A stretch of DNA of 64,000 bases from Takakia lepidozioides. Lineage: Eukaryota; Plantae; Bryophyta. Both the position numbers and the translations under genes were made by a program. Numbering within the stretch: the first letter of the stretch is position 1; each line of letters begins with the position of its first letter. Below are positions 1-12,993 of the stretch, piece by piece. Under the pieces are notes generated by a model. That model did no database searches. It was not told the origin of the DNA and saw only the letters and a list, made by a program, of their open reading frames with translations. The stretch spans positions 92,442,001 through 92,506,000 of the forward strand of contig CM060731.1 in assembly GCA_030704615.1 (NCBI GenBank), given 5' to 3'.

Positions 1-395
1 TCCAGTGTCATCTAAGTCCAAGTGCAATCCCATATCTAATCATTTTTTTTTCCGGAGAGCCTACGACCAGATTTGAACCGGAGACATTTCCCTTGATATC
101 TCTCCCGTCGAGGCTCCAACCATTGTCCCAGGAATGCCCACTTTGCCATTTTTGCTATTTTTTGTGAATTTTCAGCGACCAAAAGTACTTGGAATTCCGT
201 ATCTCCCACACTGCAGGTCCAAAAATCATGAGACCAAGCCGGTGCGCCCCTCCTCCTTGAGGGCTTTCCAATGGTACCAAGCACTAGCGTTGGGGCCTCG
301 CAGTTTGGGACATCTCAACGTGACAAAACAAACAAACAAACAAACATACAAAGAAACAAACAAATCGTCTTAATTCATATATTGCTATATATTAC
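1..395 (-). repeat. Dispersed-repeat fragment with (TTTG)n-rich end, possibly a non-autonomous Helitron terminus
   Basis: (AAAC)n tract at about 326-364 beside an AT-rich ATATATAGCAATATATG end on the minus strand; no coding signal. The Helitron label rests on architecture only. Confidence 0.3.
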
Positions 396-399
396 CGGA

Positions 400-2240
400 A
401 CAGGGATTGTAACCCTGATTGATTTTATTATAAATTATTGGAAGGGGAAAAAAATTAAAACCCCATTTACGCCATAAGGCACACATCGTATTTAGTGTAT
501 CACGATCCAACCATCTCCTTTTGGAGATTAAGTCCACAAGACAAAAAAACCCGTGTCCCTACTAAAGACACTTACACTGTGACCAGTGTTCCCCGAGCCG
601 AAACAACTCCGAACGGAGATAAAGTCCAATAGACCAAAGAACCATGCACACTGCCCAAGACCTGATACAGAAGAGACACTTAACCTATTTGCTGTTGGTG
701 TTTTGAAGACCATCGAGGATGACACAGAGGAGAGAGGTGATTGAAGTAATCAAGTCATTGACCACTGTGGATCAAAGAGAACTCCCTATCTATAGTGTAG
801 TTTGGAAGCTGTTGTGGAGGGCTTTTGATGCTTCCAGTTGACCTTCCTTTCAAATTCCGGGGAAAGAGTGGAGTGGTGCACGGAGATCTCGCCAAGCCTG
901 TGGGGGGAGCTCATTCCAGTTGCACTGGTCTTGCGTAGGGCTGCTGCATATGAGGATCTGTCTGCCCCAGGTGTGTTGAAAGTTCATGTGGATCGCTGCT
1001 GCATTGATAGGGTCTCATTGAATGTCTGCACAAAGTTTGCCCCAGGTTTTCCTCCCCTCAGTTTGCAAATCAATGAAGATCGAGGCAAGGAGGCAGGAAA
1101 TCATTGCAGTTTGACCACTAAACGTGTTTTTACAACGTATTTTCCACAGGTGCCACATTGCAGAAGCTCTGAGTGTTTTGAATATCGGGCAGTTGAGGGC
1201 TCTATTCTTAGAGATAGGGTCATAGTTTAGCAGTAGATCTGTGTGAGAGAGATCTCTGTAATTCCAGCATCTGTAAAACGATTTAACAGAGGGCCATATC
1301 TTAGCCGGAACTTGACATGTCAGTAGACAATGTTCTAAGGTTTCCAGGACCGCCATTGAGCAACAAGCACACATCACTGCTCCCTGGAACTGAAGCCATT
1401 CACCCACTTTGAGAACCCTATTGACTATTTGCCATAGGAAGGTTGCAATCTTTGATGGACGAGTTTTAATCCAGACAGAACCCCAGATCGTAGTTCTCGT
1501 CTCGGAAGTTGTACAGGCCCCATCTAGATTCCCATTTTTTGCACATAGGCTGGGTTACTGACAGGGCTCTATAGCCTTTTTTTGTAGTGTATGCAAAGAG
1601 TGGTTCTGCTTAGTTTTTGAATTTCCAGGACCATTCCAGGGGGTCAATCTCCATTTCTGCCCGGGGCTTGCCGAGAATCCATACAAATGAGTTGGTTGCC
1701 AACCAAGCCCTAGGAGTGGTAAAAGTGGGTGGAGGCTGGGGATTCATGGCTTTGTCTAGGGCTGTCCAGCAGCAAATTCTCACTGGAGTAAGAGCCATAG
1801 TTGGTATGCTTACGGGTTCTGGAGAGGTAAGTGAGAGTCTAAGTGAAGTGGTATTGATGGTGAAGGTGTAAACCGATATATCGTTCGTGGTGATGTCATC
1901 TACAAACATAATAGTAAGTTGGTTTTGAAGTACAACGAGGGCCCAAGACTTGAGTTGGTTTCGGAGGGCTAGAGGAAAGGGTAGAGAGCCATTGTGCCGG
2001 GATAGATTGAATGATCTGTTGATGGCATTTGGAGGCTCGTGCAACTCCGACATCTTGAGCTACAGATTCCTGAGTTCGGAGAGTGTTCCCTATCCATAAG
2101 TTATGTATCTGTCTGATGCCCAGACAGTCCCATTTGGACCATCTTTTAGCCTGGTTTTTCTGGGAAGGGGACAGAGGGGTATTGTTTAAGAATGCTGATC
2201 TTATGCTAATCATATATTGATTATCTTCCAAAATCATATG
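400..2240 (-). mobile_element. Degenerate L1-like LINE, 3' part of ORF2 (zf-RVT region) plus 3' tail
   Basis: Minus-strand fragments WDCLGIRQIHNLW and CACC...ETLEHCLLTC...W...AMWHLWKIRC match the CCHC/zf-RVT C-terminus of L1/Tx1 ORF2. Broken by stops and frameshifts. Confidence 0.75.
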
Positions 2241-4286
2241 CCTATCTTATATTTTTTACATTGTTCCTAATTTTTTTTACATAAAATATATTTCCAATAA
2301 AAAGTATCAGTGTTGTCAGAAGTGGCCCTAATAGTGTGGAGCAACGCATAGCCCTAGTTATAATTATATATAATATAAAATCCAGGTGCATATGGACATG
2401 TATGGGCAACTTAGTGTTTGCTCGCCAAGTTCCGTGGGAGTGGGTCAAGGGTTTGAATAATTGGGAATTTTGGCACAGGAAGAACAATGATTAATTTTTT
2501 TCCGACAGCCCGTTTTTTGGTTTAATTATCGTCGGACAGCGTAGGGGGGGTATCCTTGCCATCATCATCCTCAAGGAAGCTAATGCGGTTGGGCCAAGTG
2601 GGACCTTCTCAGGGAAATTCCTTGCTAAGTGGGACAGTATGGGTGGGACATTGCCAGCTGGCAAGACAGCTATGCTTGCCATGGAATACAGAGCTCCAAC
2701 TGTAAGTGGGATGATAGTTACAAATCACAAAGACATTTTTAGATTGTGATGGAGGTTTCTGAAAAGCCCACGAAAAAGAGTCAGAAGGCGCAAAATTTGG
2801 GTGAATGATTGAGACACCATGGCACCAACGGCCTCATGGCCTTGGACGGTCCACGGGAGCATATCCTGTCAGAGCGTCCACGCGAGATGCATCCATGGGT
2901 TAAGATGGGGGTGTGCCAACATGGCCCCGTCCCATACGCCAATGCTGCTCTGCCAGGATATTGAATCCCGGCCGCAATTTATTGGCACGCGCTCTGCGTT
3001 GGGCATCGCCTCAAATCTAGCGCCACAAATTGTTACCGCGCCTCATCATTTCCTGCTTTTGTCGGCTTTTTTCCTGCGCTCACCCACCACGCCAATGCGG
3101 GTGAGTTGGCGAGCAGCGAGTGGGGGGGCGCGGCAGAAATTGCAGGCCACAGCCTTGAAAGGCGCAGGAGCAGAGTTAGGGTGTAAGGAGCGTCTGTCGG
3201 CCTGCCGTGAGTGCAGCGCCCAGAGCGCGCCATGCCATTCAATGGTTTTACGCCCACAGATTAATGCCCGCCTTGCCACTACTACCAACCAAGCGCTGTG
3301 TGGGTCCCACCCAGCCGCGCTCCTCGAGTAGTGGCTCGCACGTAGTTGCTTTCACCCCTTCCTTCTGCCCTATTCTCGTACCCCTAATTTTCCCAGTGGT
3401 ATTACGCTAATCCACCAACGCGATAAAGTTGCGACACTCGTAGTACCGCTGCCCACAATTTGTCCTTTACTACGCAACTGTCCATGTCTCAGTATAGCTA
3501 TGTTGCAATGACAGTAAGTTAGTAGTTGCAACTTAATTCTGGCTCAGTAGATTAGCTGTTCTCATGCTTCTAGCTGTGGAACTAGTCAAGTTAAGTGCGA
3601 GGTTTATAGTCCGGTACTAAACAGGTAAATGGCTGCTAAAGAAGTGCGCTTTGGTAGAAAACAGAGCACGTACAGTAGTTTAATAAATCCCAACGCTACA
3701 ATACCCAGTAAGTGGAAGTAAGTAAAGTGAGTAAGTGGTAAACAAGGTACGCAGGACTACCGAGCTACGACGTTCAGAGTCCCAGAGGACAATAGTGAGG
3801 CCCATCAATTGAGCACATGCTTTCTGAAATGAGCACTTGTGGGCAGCTGTGGTTGAGCGAGCTTGTGCGGTTCTGGATGGCTAGCAGATCAGATGCTCTC
3901 CAAAGCAGGGGATGCTATTCCAGTTAGGGGAATGCTGGATGCTGCTACCTGGTTGGCAGGTTGTGGTGGAACTGTCTATCACCCTCTCCGTTTCTCATGA
4001 GTAGTAATGTTATCTGTTCTCGGAGGGCAACAGGATCAAAGTCTTAGTGCAAGACAACGACTTCAAACAAGCTCTTAAACATGATGTGAAGCAGGTGGCA
4101 ACTAAATGGGTCAGCAATATGGGCCTGAAATCGGGTGTCCAATGCAGGGGCACCTCGTGAGCGTAGATAAGATGGCGACGTTTTGTGTCAATATCATGTG
4201 TGGGTAGATGGTTGTGATAACAAGTTCAAGGTTGTTCGCTAATGGTTGCGTCGGTGGGTTGGCGTGTGCCAGAGCCGGGAGGCAGG

Positions 4287-7200
4287 ATGGATCCGTATGA
4301 AGCAACACGGATAGTGTATGGGAGGGTGCAGGGGCAGGAGCCTGAGAATGGGAGCAAGATAATGCTGCATCTTCTGTTGCAGGACCGAGGTGAGCAGGAG
4401 ATGCTGCGCCTGGCTCTCGGCTCTGATGCGCTTTTGCATGCTATGGTGATTAAAGCTAAGAAGGAACTCGGGTTGGAGGAACGATTGCAGCGGCCCCCTC
4501 CCCTCTACATTCCAGATCACGACTATGGCAGCTACGCCAACTTGTTGTCACCCAGCTTGCATGAGCAGGTGAAGATTGTAGCCCTGCAGCAGCATGGTCA
4601 TGACCAGCTCTTTTTGCATGACCAGCTGCCAATACACGATCATCTTTCCCTTTTGACAGACGCAGCGGAGCCGCAGAGTTCGCTACGAGTGTACCCCAGT
4701 GACCATTTTTACCCGGACACATATGCTTTTCTCAGCGGTACCAAGGACCTTCTCCATTCAAGGTCTAGCAGTAGTCGCGCTTCCCCCGTTGTGGACAGCT
4801 CTTCACCTCCTGATCTTGGGCCAGCCCTTGCATGGAAGCCGTGTTTGTATTTCGCCCGCGGTTATTGCAAGCACGGAAGCAATTGCCGTTTTTTGCATGG
4901 CCCCATTAGAGAGAGCTCAGGTTCTCCTGCGTCCAGCAATGGACACCGTGAGTTGCGGGGGGATGATGGGATGACTCCCGGATCCTTGGAAAGACTGGAA
5001 ATGGAGCTGCAGGAACTTCTGCGTGGGAGGCGCGCACCCGTTTCCATAGCCTCGCTGCCGCAGCTCTACTACGAGCGATTTGGAAAGACTTTGCAAGCTG
5101 AGGGCTATCTTACCGAGAGTCAGCGACATGGCAAGGCTGGTTACAGCTTGACCAAGCTACTTGCTCGTTTAAAGAATACTGTTACTCTCATTGATCGGTA
5201 TGTATGCCTATTTTTGCCTTCACTTCTATCATTTGTCATAGACCTACTTTTTGCCCCCGGGGGTGGCGGGGGCATTGGGTCGTATCTCTGTCTACCTTCT
5301 TAATATCTGACAACCAGCCATCTTTTCATGAATTGCCGTGGAAACATTGCGTCCCACGTTCGGATTGCAGGAGAGGAGTTGCTACTTCATATCAGTCTTC
5401 TGGTAGCTCAGAGCTGCTGTGGAAGTATAGACGCGCTGTAGTAGGTAGACTGGCCGCTGTGTTCCAGTGCTTGGATGGGTAATGTGACTGGGATACTGAG
5501 ACACTGAAATTGAATCTTGCGATGGAATCGGAGGCAGGGGAGGCGGGGCGTATGTTGAGGTTAGATTGAACAAAGTCAGTCAGGACATCATCCTGTACTG
5601 GTTACGGCTGGTTTCTTTTCTTTTCTTTACGGAAAATATATTCTGGAAGTGTCCGTGAGATATTGGTGTGGGTCTCCCAAGTCCCACTTGACGTTGTAAT
5701 CAATTGAAGTGAAAAGTTTGTTCCTTCCATTTGACGACATGATAAGAGTTCTGTTTTGCACTATGGCTCGTTGATAGTCCGACATGTTCGAAGAACATCT
5801 CCACCAATGTCTTACTGTGTAAGTGATGGAGGGTTAAAGGGTATGAAATGCTGGAGACTTTGGAGTGCAGTTCCTTGACAACTATAGGCAATTAGTAGGT
5901 AAAGCGTTGGTGGGGTTAGAGGTCTGTCTGGCCTAAAATCCGAGAGTGGAGGGAAAGAGATGGATACAACAGAGCTGGGTACCCTTCTTACAGTGGGTGT
6001 GGGCAGTGGTTTACTCAGCCACAAGCACACTGCTGGGTGTTTGAACAGGCCCCACGGTCAGCATGCGGTTGTGCTGGCGGAGGATGCGCATCGCTTCACC
6101 GGCTTCCGGGCTGATCACCGTGGTGATGATCTGACTGGGGTTAACCCATCTTCACGGCAGATCTACCTCACTTTCCCTGCAGAGTCCACCTTTACTGAGG
6201 AGGATGTTACTGCACATTTCAGGTATGCCCTACTCCTTCAACGGATTGCACCTCCAAATTGGCTGGGACAGAATAAGGTAGGTTGGTGACTGAGGCCCGT
6301 GCTAACCTGGAGTGGGTTGGGTTGCAGGGCCTATGGGCCTGTGCAGGATGTGCGGATCCCCTACCAGCAGAAGCGCATGTTTGGCTTTGTGACTTTTGTA
6401 TATTCGGAGACTGTGAAAGCAATTTTGTCAGAAGGCAACCCCCACTACATTTGTGGGGCACGCGTACTCGTGAAACCCTATCGAGAGAAAGGCAAGCATG
6501 GTGACAGGTATTGCTGTAGAATTGCTAGATAATGTGGTGATGTCCAGGGTTTTGCATGCTTTGCACTGACAAATGTTCTGGTTGGCTCCTCTGCTCTCCT
6601 TCTGAAAGTTGTCTGATCACTTTCTCATTGACAATCCTGGGTGGCTTGTTGTAGAGATTAACTACTGGGCTTTCCCACCAGGAAGTGAAATCCTCTTGGG
6701 GAGGCCTTTGTTGAAGGGGCTGGAAAGTAGAAAACTCCCTGAGGTGATGTGGTTAAAAGTTGTTGACAAAGCATACCGGATTGTGACATCCAGAAAATGT
6801 CCTGAAAGGGGAGATACAACACGATATGTACAGAGCCGCACTCTTGACAGCAAGGAGTATGATTACCACTCGGGTTAGCTACACACCAAACTCTAATGTT
6901 AGATTGCTGCAGACAAGCATGCTTTACATCAAGGGTCATGTTGCTCATCCAGTCTCTTTGCATTACTTTGTTGTTTTTTGACTGTACTCCTTGCCATATT
7001 GCGAGACAAGTAGCTGCAAGTTGTGGGTATCTTTTCTAAATAGGTTTTGATTTCGATGGACGTGACATGTGGTATCATGAGCTTCATAGTAAATTCTTTG
7101 CACCTTCAAACATCTGCAAATACCTGGGAGAGGGCAAGAATGCTTGAACACTTGGATATGATTGGATCAGTACATTGTGCATCCCTGTAACGAGCCAATG

Positions 7201-9604
7201 CAAATAAGTTTTGTCTTGCTGACAGCTTGATTGATAATTTAGTTTTGTTCTTGGAACCCTGACCTGGTATAGTACAGTTCAGGTAATTGGCCAGCCAGGG
7301 TGGGTGCAGCGCCAAAATACTATGAAGAAGAAGAGGCCTTCTCGCGACGACTGGAAGAGGAAGTGCAAGTTCTGGAGCTAGAGCGACGACGCCTTGCAGA
7401 GCTACATTTAGCTGATGCTCAGCGTCGTCGCGCTGAGGCAGAGGCCACCATTGCTGCAGCTACTGCTCAGAGCCGCTCTCTGCCTAATGCTGGATACGTC
7501 TCTGATGACCTCACTTTGCCTGGGGAAGGTACAATTCATGTACCCCTGGATGCAAGCTGTGTTGCAAGGAGTCCAGCAGTGTGGGTTCTATGATATTCCC
7601 GACTATCCCCACATGGAAGTTAGGCTGCTTTACATTAGGGGCCAAGCACGCCAAGCACTGTAGGGGCCGTAATCCAAGGGATTCTATTGGTCGGTTTTGC
7701 ATCTCGGTTTGGCTTGGCTTTACACTTGATCCGAAGGCCAAAACAACTTTATCCTACTCGGCGCAGACTTGGGCTAGCCTAGCCAATCACAGCCCGCCAC
7801 CAAAAACCACTGCTCATTAGGAAGGTTTCTTTTAGTGATGGGGCAGTAACTCTTCTGCCAGCTGTGCGAACTTGTTCAAGTAGTTCTTCACGCGTCTCCT
7901 CTCTGTAATTTTTTCTTCAGGTTTTGGCCCTTCTTTTGCTCCCTGGTGGGTTTACACTTGGGGGGCCAACATTATGTTGTTTTGAAGCTAAGAGGCCCAA
8001 GGAAATACCCATCTTGGCCCTGGCCCCTAATGTAAAGCGGCCCTTTTGAGTACATATGAGTTAGATCATGCAAGGAGAGATGGCTGACATAGTGCTTGAT
8101 GGGTGCTGCAGGATTGCCTCACTTTCATGCAAGCAATTCATTTGGTTATTTGCTGGATGTCTTGGATAGCAGTGAACCGGGTGATGAGGTAGAACCGGCT
8201 GGGGACTTTGGTGGTACTCAAGCAAGGTGCTGGCCTGGTCCTCTGTGTGGTTTCTTGGTTATTGGAAAATGAGACCACACTCTTCGTAGAGCAGAGTCAA
8301 GTGGTTTGAATAGTGAGGAGTTGTGTCTTGTAGTTCCTGTCCAACTCCCGTCTTAAAGCTATCACATCTGAACCTGTGAAGGTGATCGGTCTGGTGATAT
8401 TTCATGCGCAGCTGTTCAAATTGCTGTGTAAAAGATACATTGAAGATTCATTGCAGATTATAGAGTTTGTTACCATAGTCTGCAAGTGTCTTGTTGGAGG
8501 CAACTGTAGCTCATATGGGCTCATCTTCTGGTGAGTGCAGCGGGAATGGACATAATTTACCAGATAGCCCTTTTACAAGTCCACATGGCACCAACAAGCA
8601 GAAGAACTTCGTGCTTCCAGAGAAGATGAAGACTTTGAGCTTGCAGGGTGCGCAGGTGGGGCCCACATCAGTCATAGCTGCTGCCCATTCTCTTGTCTGC
8701 TGCATCTGCTTGGGTATGATTTCACACCAGGCGCATCCTTACCTGCATTTTGTACATTATGGACCACTGGGCATCCCTGTCCTCCTACAGCCTTGTTGAC
8801 CCCAACCCAGGGTTTTCTCCTGTTGAAGGACCTGTTGGGATCCTCCACCATAGTTTCCTTCAGTGTCCAATGCTAGTTTAGAACTTACATATATTTCTTT
8901 GCTTATTTGCTGTCAGAGTGCACATGCCTTAGTTTCAAGTTGTGGCTGCTGGGCATTGTACCAAAATAAACAGCTAGCTTATCTCGAGGCTCAAACTCAA
9001 TCAAGCATATGGCACCCATTCTGAAATGGCCCTCTGTACATTCTCTGTTCATGCTTGTTCAAATGAGGATATGGCCAGATGGAATAGCTCCCTTTTGGTA
9101 ATGGGTATGTCCAAATATGACACTATGAGGGCTTCGTAAAATTAGGCATTTGCAAATGCTAGTGTCTTCTCCTTCATTCCCATAACCCTACTCTACTCCT
9201 TAGCGAATAATTGTAGTCAGGAGTTGACGTGGAGGCAGGGATGGATGGTGGCAGAGTACTCGGGCGATGTCATACAACTGGAATGCAGCCACACATTTTG
9301 CGTCCAGTGTATTTTTAAGGTCTTGGAACCTCTGGCTTTGATTCTTGCCCAATCTTGGCTTCTTTCATCATCTGGCTGCCTATAATCTCTTGTAGAAGTG
9401 GTACAGGACTGAAACTTACCTAGTCCGATAAAGGTCGCATTATGGGTGAAGAGAGTGGCATAATAAGAGGGGTGGATGGAGCTATGGGTGCAGGTGATGT
9501 CGAAGGAGGAGTGCCCGCTGTGTGGGAAGCACATAGGCAGCCACATGGGCAAGGGTGTGGAGGACAGGAATTTCCAGTGGCCCATAGGGCAGCAGCCTTG
9601 GTAA
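4287..9604 (+). CDS. CCCH zinc finger / OST-HTH(LOTUS)-like / RRM RNA-binding protein (AtC3H18/46/53-like) with C-terminal RING-HC; 9 exons, 675 aa
   Basis: Exons 4287-5197, 6049-6222, 6328-6507, 6794-6873, 7310-7528, 8112-8226, 8541-8713, 9255-9319, 9494-9604; all GT-AG and phase-compatible, 2028 nt total. Motifs: MDxYEATRIV N-terminus, [19 protein letters not shown] (CCCH), [18 protein letters not shown] (LOTUS-like), [21 protein letters not shown] (RRM), [12 protein letters not shown]-x11-CSH-x2-CVQC-x9-CPLC. Confidence 0.9.
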
Positions 9605-10304
9605 CATAACAGTCACAGAGCTGGAGACTCCTTCATTTTGATTACTTCACTTCTGCGCCAACCGTATCATACCAAACCAATCCAAAGCTGCAGTCTGTCT
9701 GGTTGTTTAATTATTTACACACAGGGCGTATGGGACCGGGCTGCGCTCGCAGCAGTCCAAGAAAGTGGACTGGTGGAGAGCAGAGCGGAATACACTTACT
9801 ATTACAATCAAGGATGACACTTTCTTGTATGATGTGCGGAGGAGGACAGCACCCATTATTGGGTCTCGTGTCAATATTCACACAGATGTAATGGACATTC
9901 ACTTTAAATAGGTAGATTGCGCAACAAATGTAGTCATTTTTACAGATGTCATTAATCTAGCCAGGAAAAGGCAGCAGGTTCAATACATTTGCAATACACG
10001 AAGTGAGGATTTGCGGAGTACCCATCAGAACATTTAAGACACGTGGGGCTTCTGCTTTAAGTTTGTTGGCAGGTGCTAGTTATACAGACCGTCTGCCACT
10101 ACCCATTTGCCAATTGGGTCAGGCAACGACCCCTTATCCTCTTGCATACCCTCAGTTTTGGACTGCAAGCATATTTTACATGTATTCCCACAGGGATATA
10201 TTGTGGGTTAGTGTATCTGTTTTTCTGCAACATCAATACTGCAATTTGAAGTTTTGAATATGTGCACCTCATCACTTCACTATTTTATGGGGTGAGAATG
10301 AGGG

Positions 10305-10860
10305 CAGTGCTTGTGGTTGATTGGCTGTCCCAGATTTTTTCTTAAAAATAAGCCGGATTGCCATTGTGGCGGTCCAGAGTTATTTGAACAACTAGTTAAA
10401 AAATTGGAACCATTAGGCCAGCGCTTGTGGTTTCTTGCAGTATGTTAGCTGTCCAGGTTCTTTTTTTAAAAATAAAATAAATCTGGACCACCATTGTGGC
10501 GGTCCCAAATTATTTAAAAAAAAATAAAATTCTCCCCTGCGCTTTGTTTAAGAAAATCGAAAAAATCAGGACCGCCATGCCAGCGTTTGTGGTTGGTTGG
10601 TGGTCCCCATTTTATAAAAATTAATTCGAACAGCCATCAAATTATTTACAAAAAATTAAACATATTGGGACCGCCAAGCTAGCGCTTGTGGTTGGCTGAC
10701 GGTCCATGTTTTATTTTCAAAAATAAATTCGGACCGCCATTGTGACGGTCTCGAATTACTTAAGAATATTAAAAAACAAAATGGGACCGCCAGGCCGGTT
10801 GGCTGGTGGTCCGATTTTTAAAAAAAAAACATTAATCCGTACCGCTATTGTGGCGATCTG
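10305..10860. repeat. Array of GGACCGCCA...TGGCGGTCC hairpin units separated by A/T-run spacers
   Basis: About 7 copies, alternating short-loop (ggaccgccattgtggcggtcc) and long-loop (ggaccgcca..gcgcttgtggttggc..tggtcc) forms. Confidence 0.8.
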
Positions 10861-11474
10861 AAAATTGCCCACCGTAACCTGATATGCTCTATCATGAAGA
10901 ACAGAGCCAAAAATGACCAATGTGTACACCCGACCATAGCCTTGGGGAGGAACTTCCATGATAGTTGTCACACACGTCAGGTAGCGTTAGAGAGCCCGGA
11001 GTTCATTCAGACCTAGCCTCCAGGACTCAGTCAGCACATCGGCTGCGAAAGGAGATAGGCAGCATTCCGGCTGGAGAGGAGATGCTGTGTGAGGAAGAAG
11101 TACAGCAGGAAAGGGAAGAGGGGGCTGTCGAGGGGAAGGGCGAGGTCGACGCGAGCCTGGAGAGGGCAGAAAAAAACTAAGTCCCAGGCTCGCCTCTCAC
11201 CGCAAAATGCGGAGCTCCTCCCCGCATCCTCGGGCCCTCGAGAGCCATATTTTTCCCCATGTTCTTAGTAAGCCAGTATCTATAACAGAAGCAACAATTA
11301 CATTATCTAATATACCTATAATTCAAAGAAGTGAAGCCGTTTATCACATTAATAGGGCACCTGTACAACATCGAAATGAAGTAAGAAGGCTTGAAGCCAA
11401 ACAGCATCACCGTTTCTTCTCTCTGCATGTAGCTATTGGGCCTACTGGATGACTGCTGTCACTATTTCCATTCA

Positions 11475-11730
11475 AGATCATGACCTCATACCTACAACTC
11501 GAGCATTTTCGACCTTATTGGCTGTGGACGGCAGTTGTCTACTTCATTATCAAAATGCCAATGGCACCAGATGCTTCAGTGTGGGGCCTCACTCAGTACC
11601 TGAAGGATTCGTGGCAATGTGGAGGTAGCAGATGTTCGGCGAAAAGCTCTTTAAGAGTGACCCACAGGATGCTGCAGCTTATGTGCTGCTATTGAACATC
11701 TATGCTTACGGCTGGCAGATGGCAATGTGA
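11475..11730 (+). pseudogene. Decayed PPR E-domain fragment
   Basis: Pieces EHF..., IIKMPMAPDASVWG, GNVEVA, KSDPQDAAAYVLLLNIYA in shifting frames; paralogous to 14750-15000. Confidence 0.75.
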
Positions 11731-12163
11731 CATGTGGCTCTTATTATGCAGCCAATCGAATATACTTGATAAAGAGGAGAGAGAGACAGTTCAATTTATT
11801 GGAAGCCTACACTAGCAGCCTCAATCAGACTGAAGCAATTATGAGCTCCTAAAGGTTCATATTCTAGTGGTGTTTGCATGCGGGCCAAACAACAAGCATG
11901 GAGCAGCTTTGGTGGTCCACTTCATGTCACATTGTTCACTGTGGTGGACGAACAATACACAGGAAATGTATCCAACTCCACAACAGCACACAACAGAGAC
12001 TGCGACAAGGCTGGCAAAGTTCTTTTGTTCTGTTATTCTTGCACATTGTTGAAGCAATGATAATCTTGCTCCTCTTTGTGAGAAGACTGCAGAACCGAAG
12101 CATCCTGTTGCTATCAGTTAAGTTTTTTTCCTGGTAGTGGAGCAAAAAAAAAAGGTGCTTCAA

Positions 12164-12993
12164 GGTTAAATATGCTGACAAGCGTATTAAGGAGAAAGAT
12201 GTTTGGCTTGAATCCTGTGTTGATAATGTGGGCATGCACTTGTTTTCCTTCTGCGAGACCTTTGATGTTCATGCACTCCTGCAAGACGGAGATGTAAGTA
12301 CAGGAGTCCGTTCAGCATGGGGATTGCCTCTTTCAGTCGTCCTGCCTGACATAGCGTCTTCATATACCCATGAATGCCAGAAGGGTTCTTGTTGACCCCT
12401 GTTCTTTCTCCTCTTTCAAAAGCAGTGGTGATGGTAGTAGTGCTACCACTGCCACGAGTCTTATGTCCACCAAACAACCATTCCATCCTGCACAACTGGA
12501 AAGAGTTCGTTACGACCATTTATGCTCACATTCACCCTCATACAACAGATCTCAGAGCTCATCTATATACAAAGAGAGATTCCTTCACAAGGACAGGTTA
12601 CTTGCTCCACCTTAGAGGGTTACCAAACTACAGTACACTTCTGCCTTGTATATAACCTTTACCAGTACCCACTGTTTGTACTGGCACACTTGAATGAACA
12701 TCAAAACCATACCTGTTGTAGTCTCGCCCTACAGCTCCATGATGTACATTGATATTAGAACCATCACCAAATTGTGCGCGATTGTGTATCATTGCAGCTA
12801 GCTCTGTTAGCACCCAAGGATGGTTCGAGTGCTGCTCCATCCAAAGGACCTTTTCCGCGCCATAATGTTTGACGTTTGGTGATCTTCGGCTTTTCTGTGA
12901 AAACCACAAGTGGGCAGCTCAGCAGCCATTTGTGTAATGTTACAAAAGTCTGGAACCATCAAACCTTCAAGCATCTTTCACATAACAGGGACC
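12164..12993 (-). pseudogene. Inverted 5' part (leader plus first PPR motifs) of the adjacent PPR-DYW gene
   Basis: Minus strand reads KTLCQAGRLKEAI and DSCTYISVLQECMNIKGLAEGKQVHAHIINTGFKPNIFLLNTLVSI, stopping where the plus-strand gene begins with TKCGSIVDARQVF. Confidence 0.75.

Noticed and set aside
10880-11346. Solo LTR (TGATA..TATCA)
   Set aside because: No matching TSD and no second copy.
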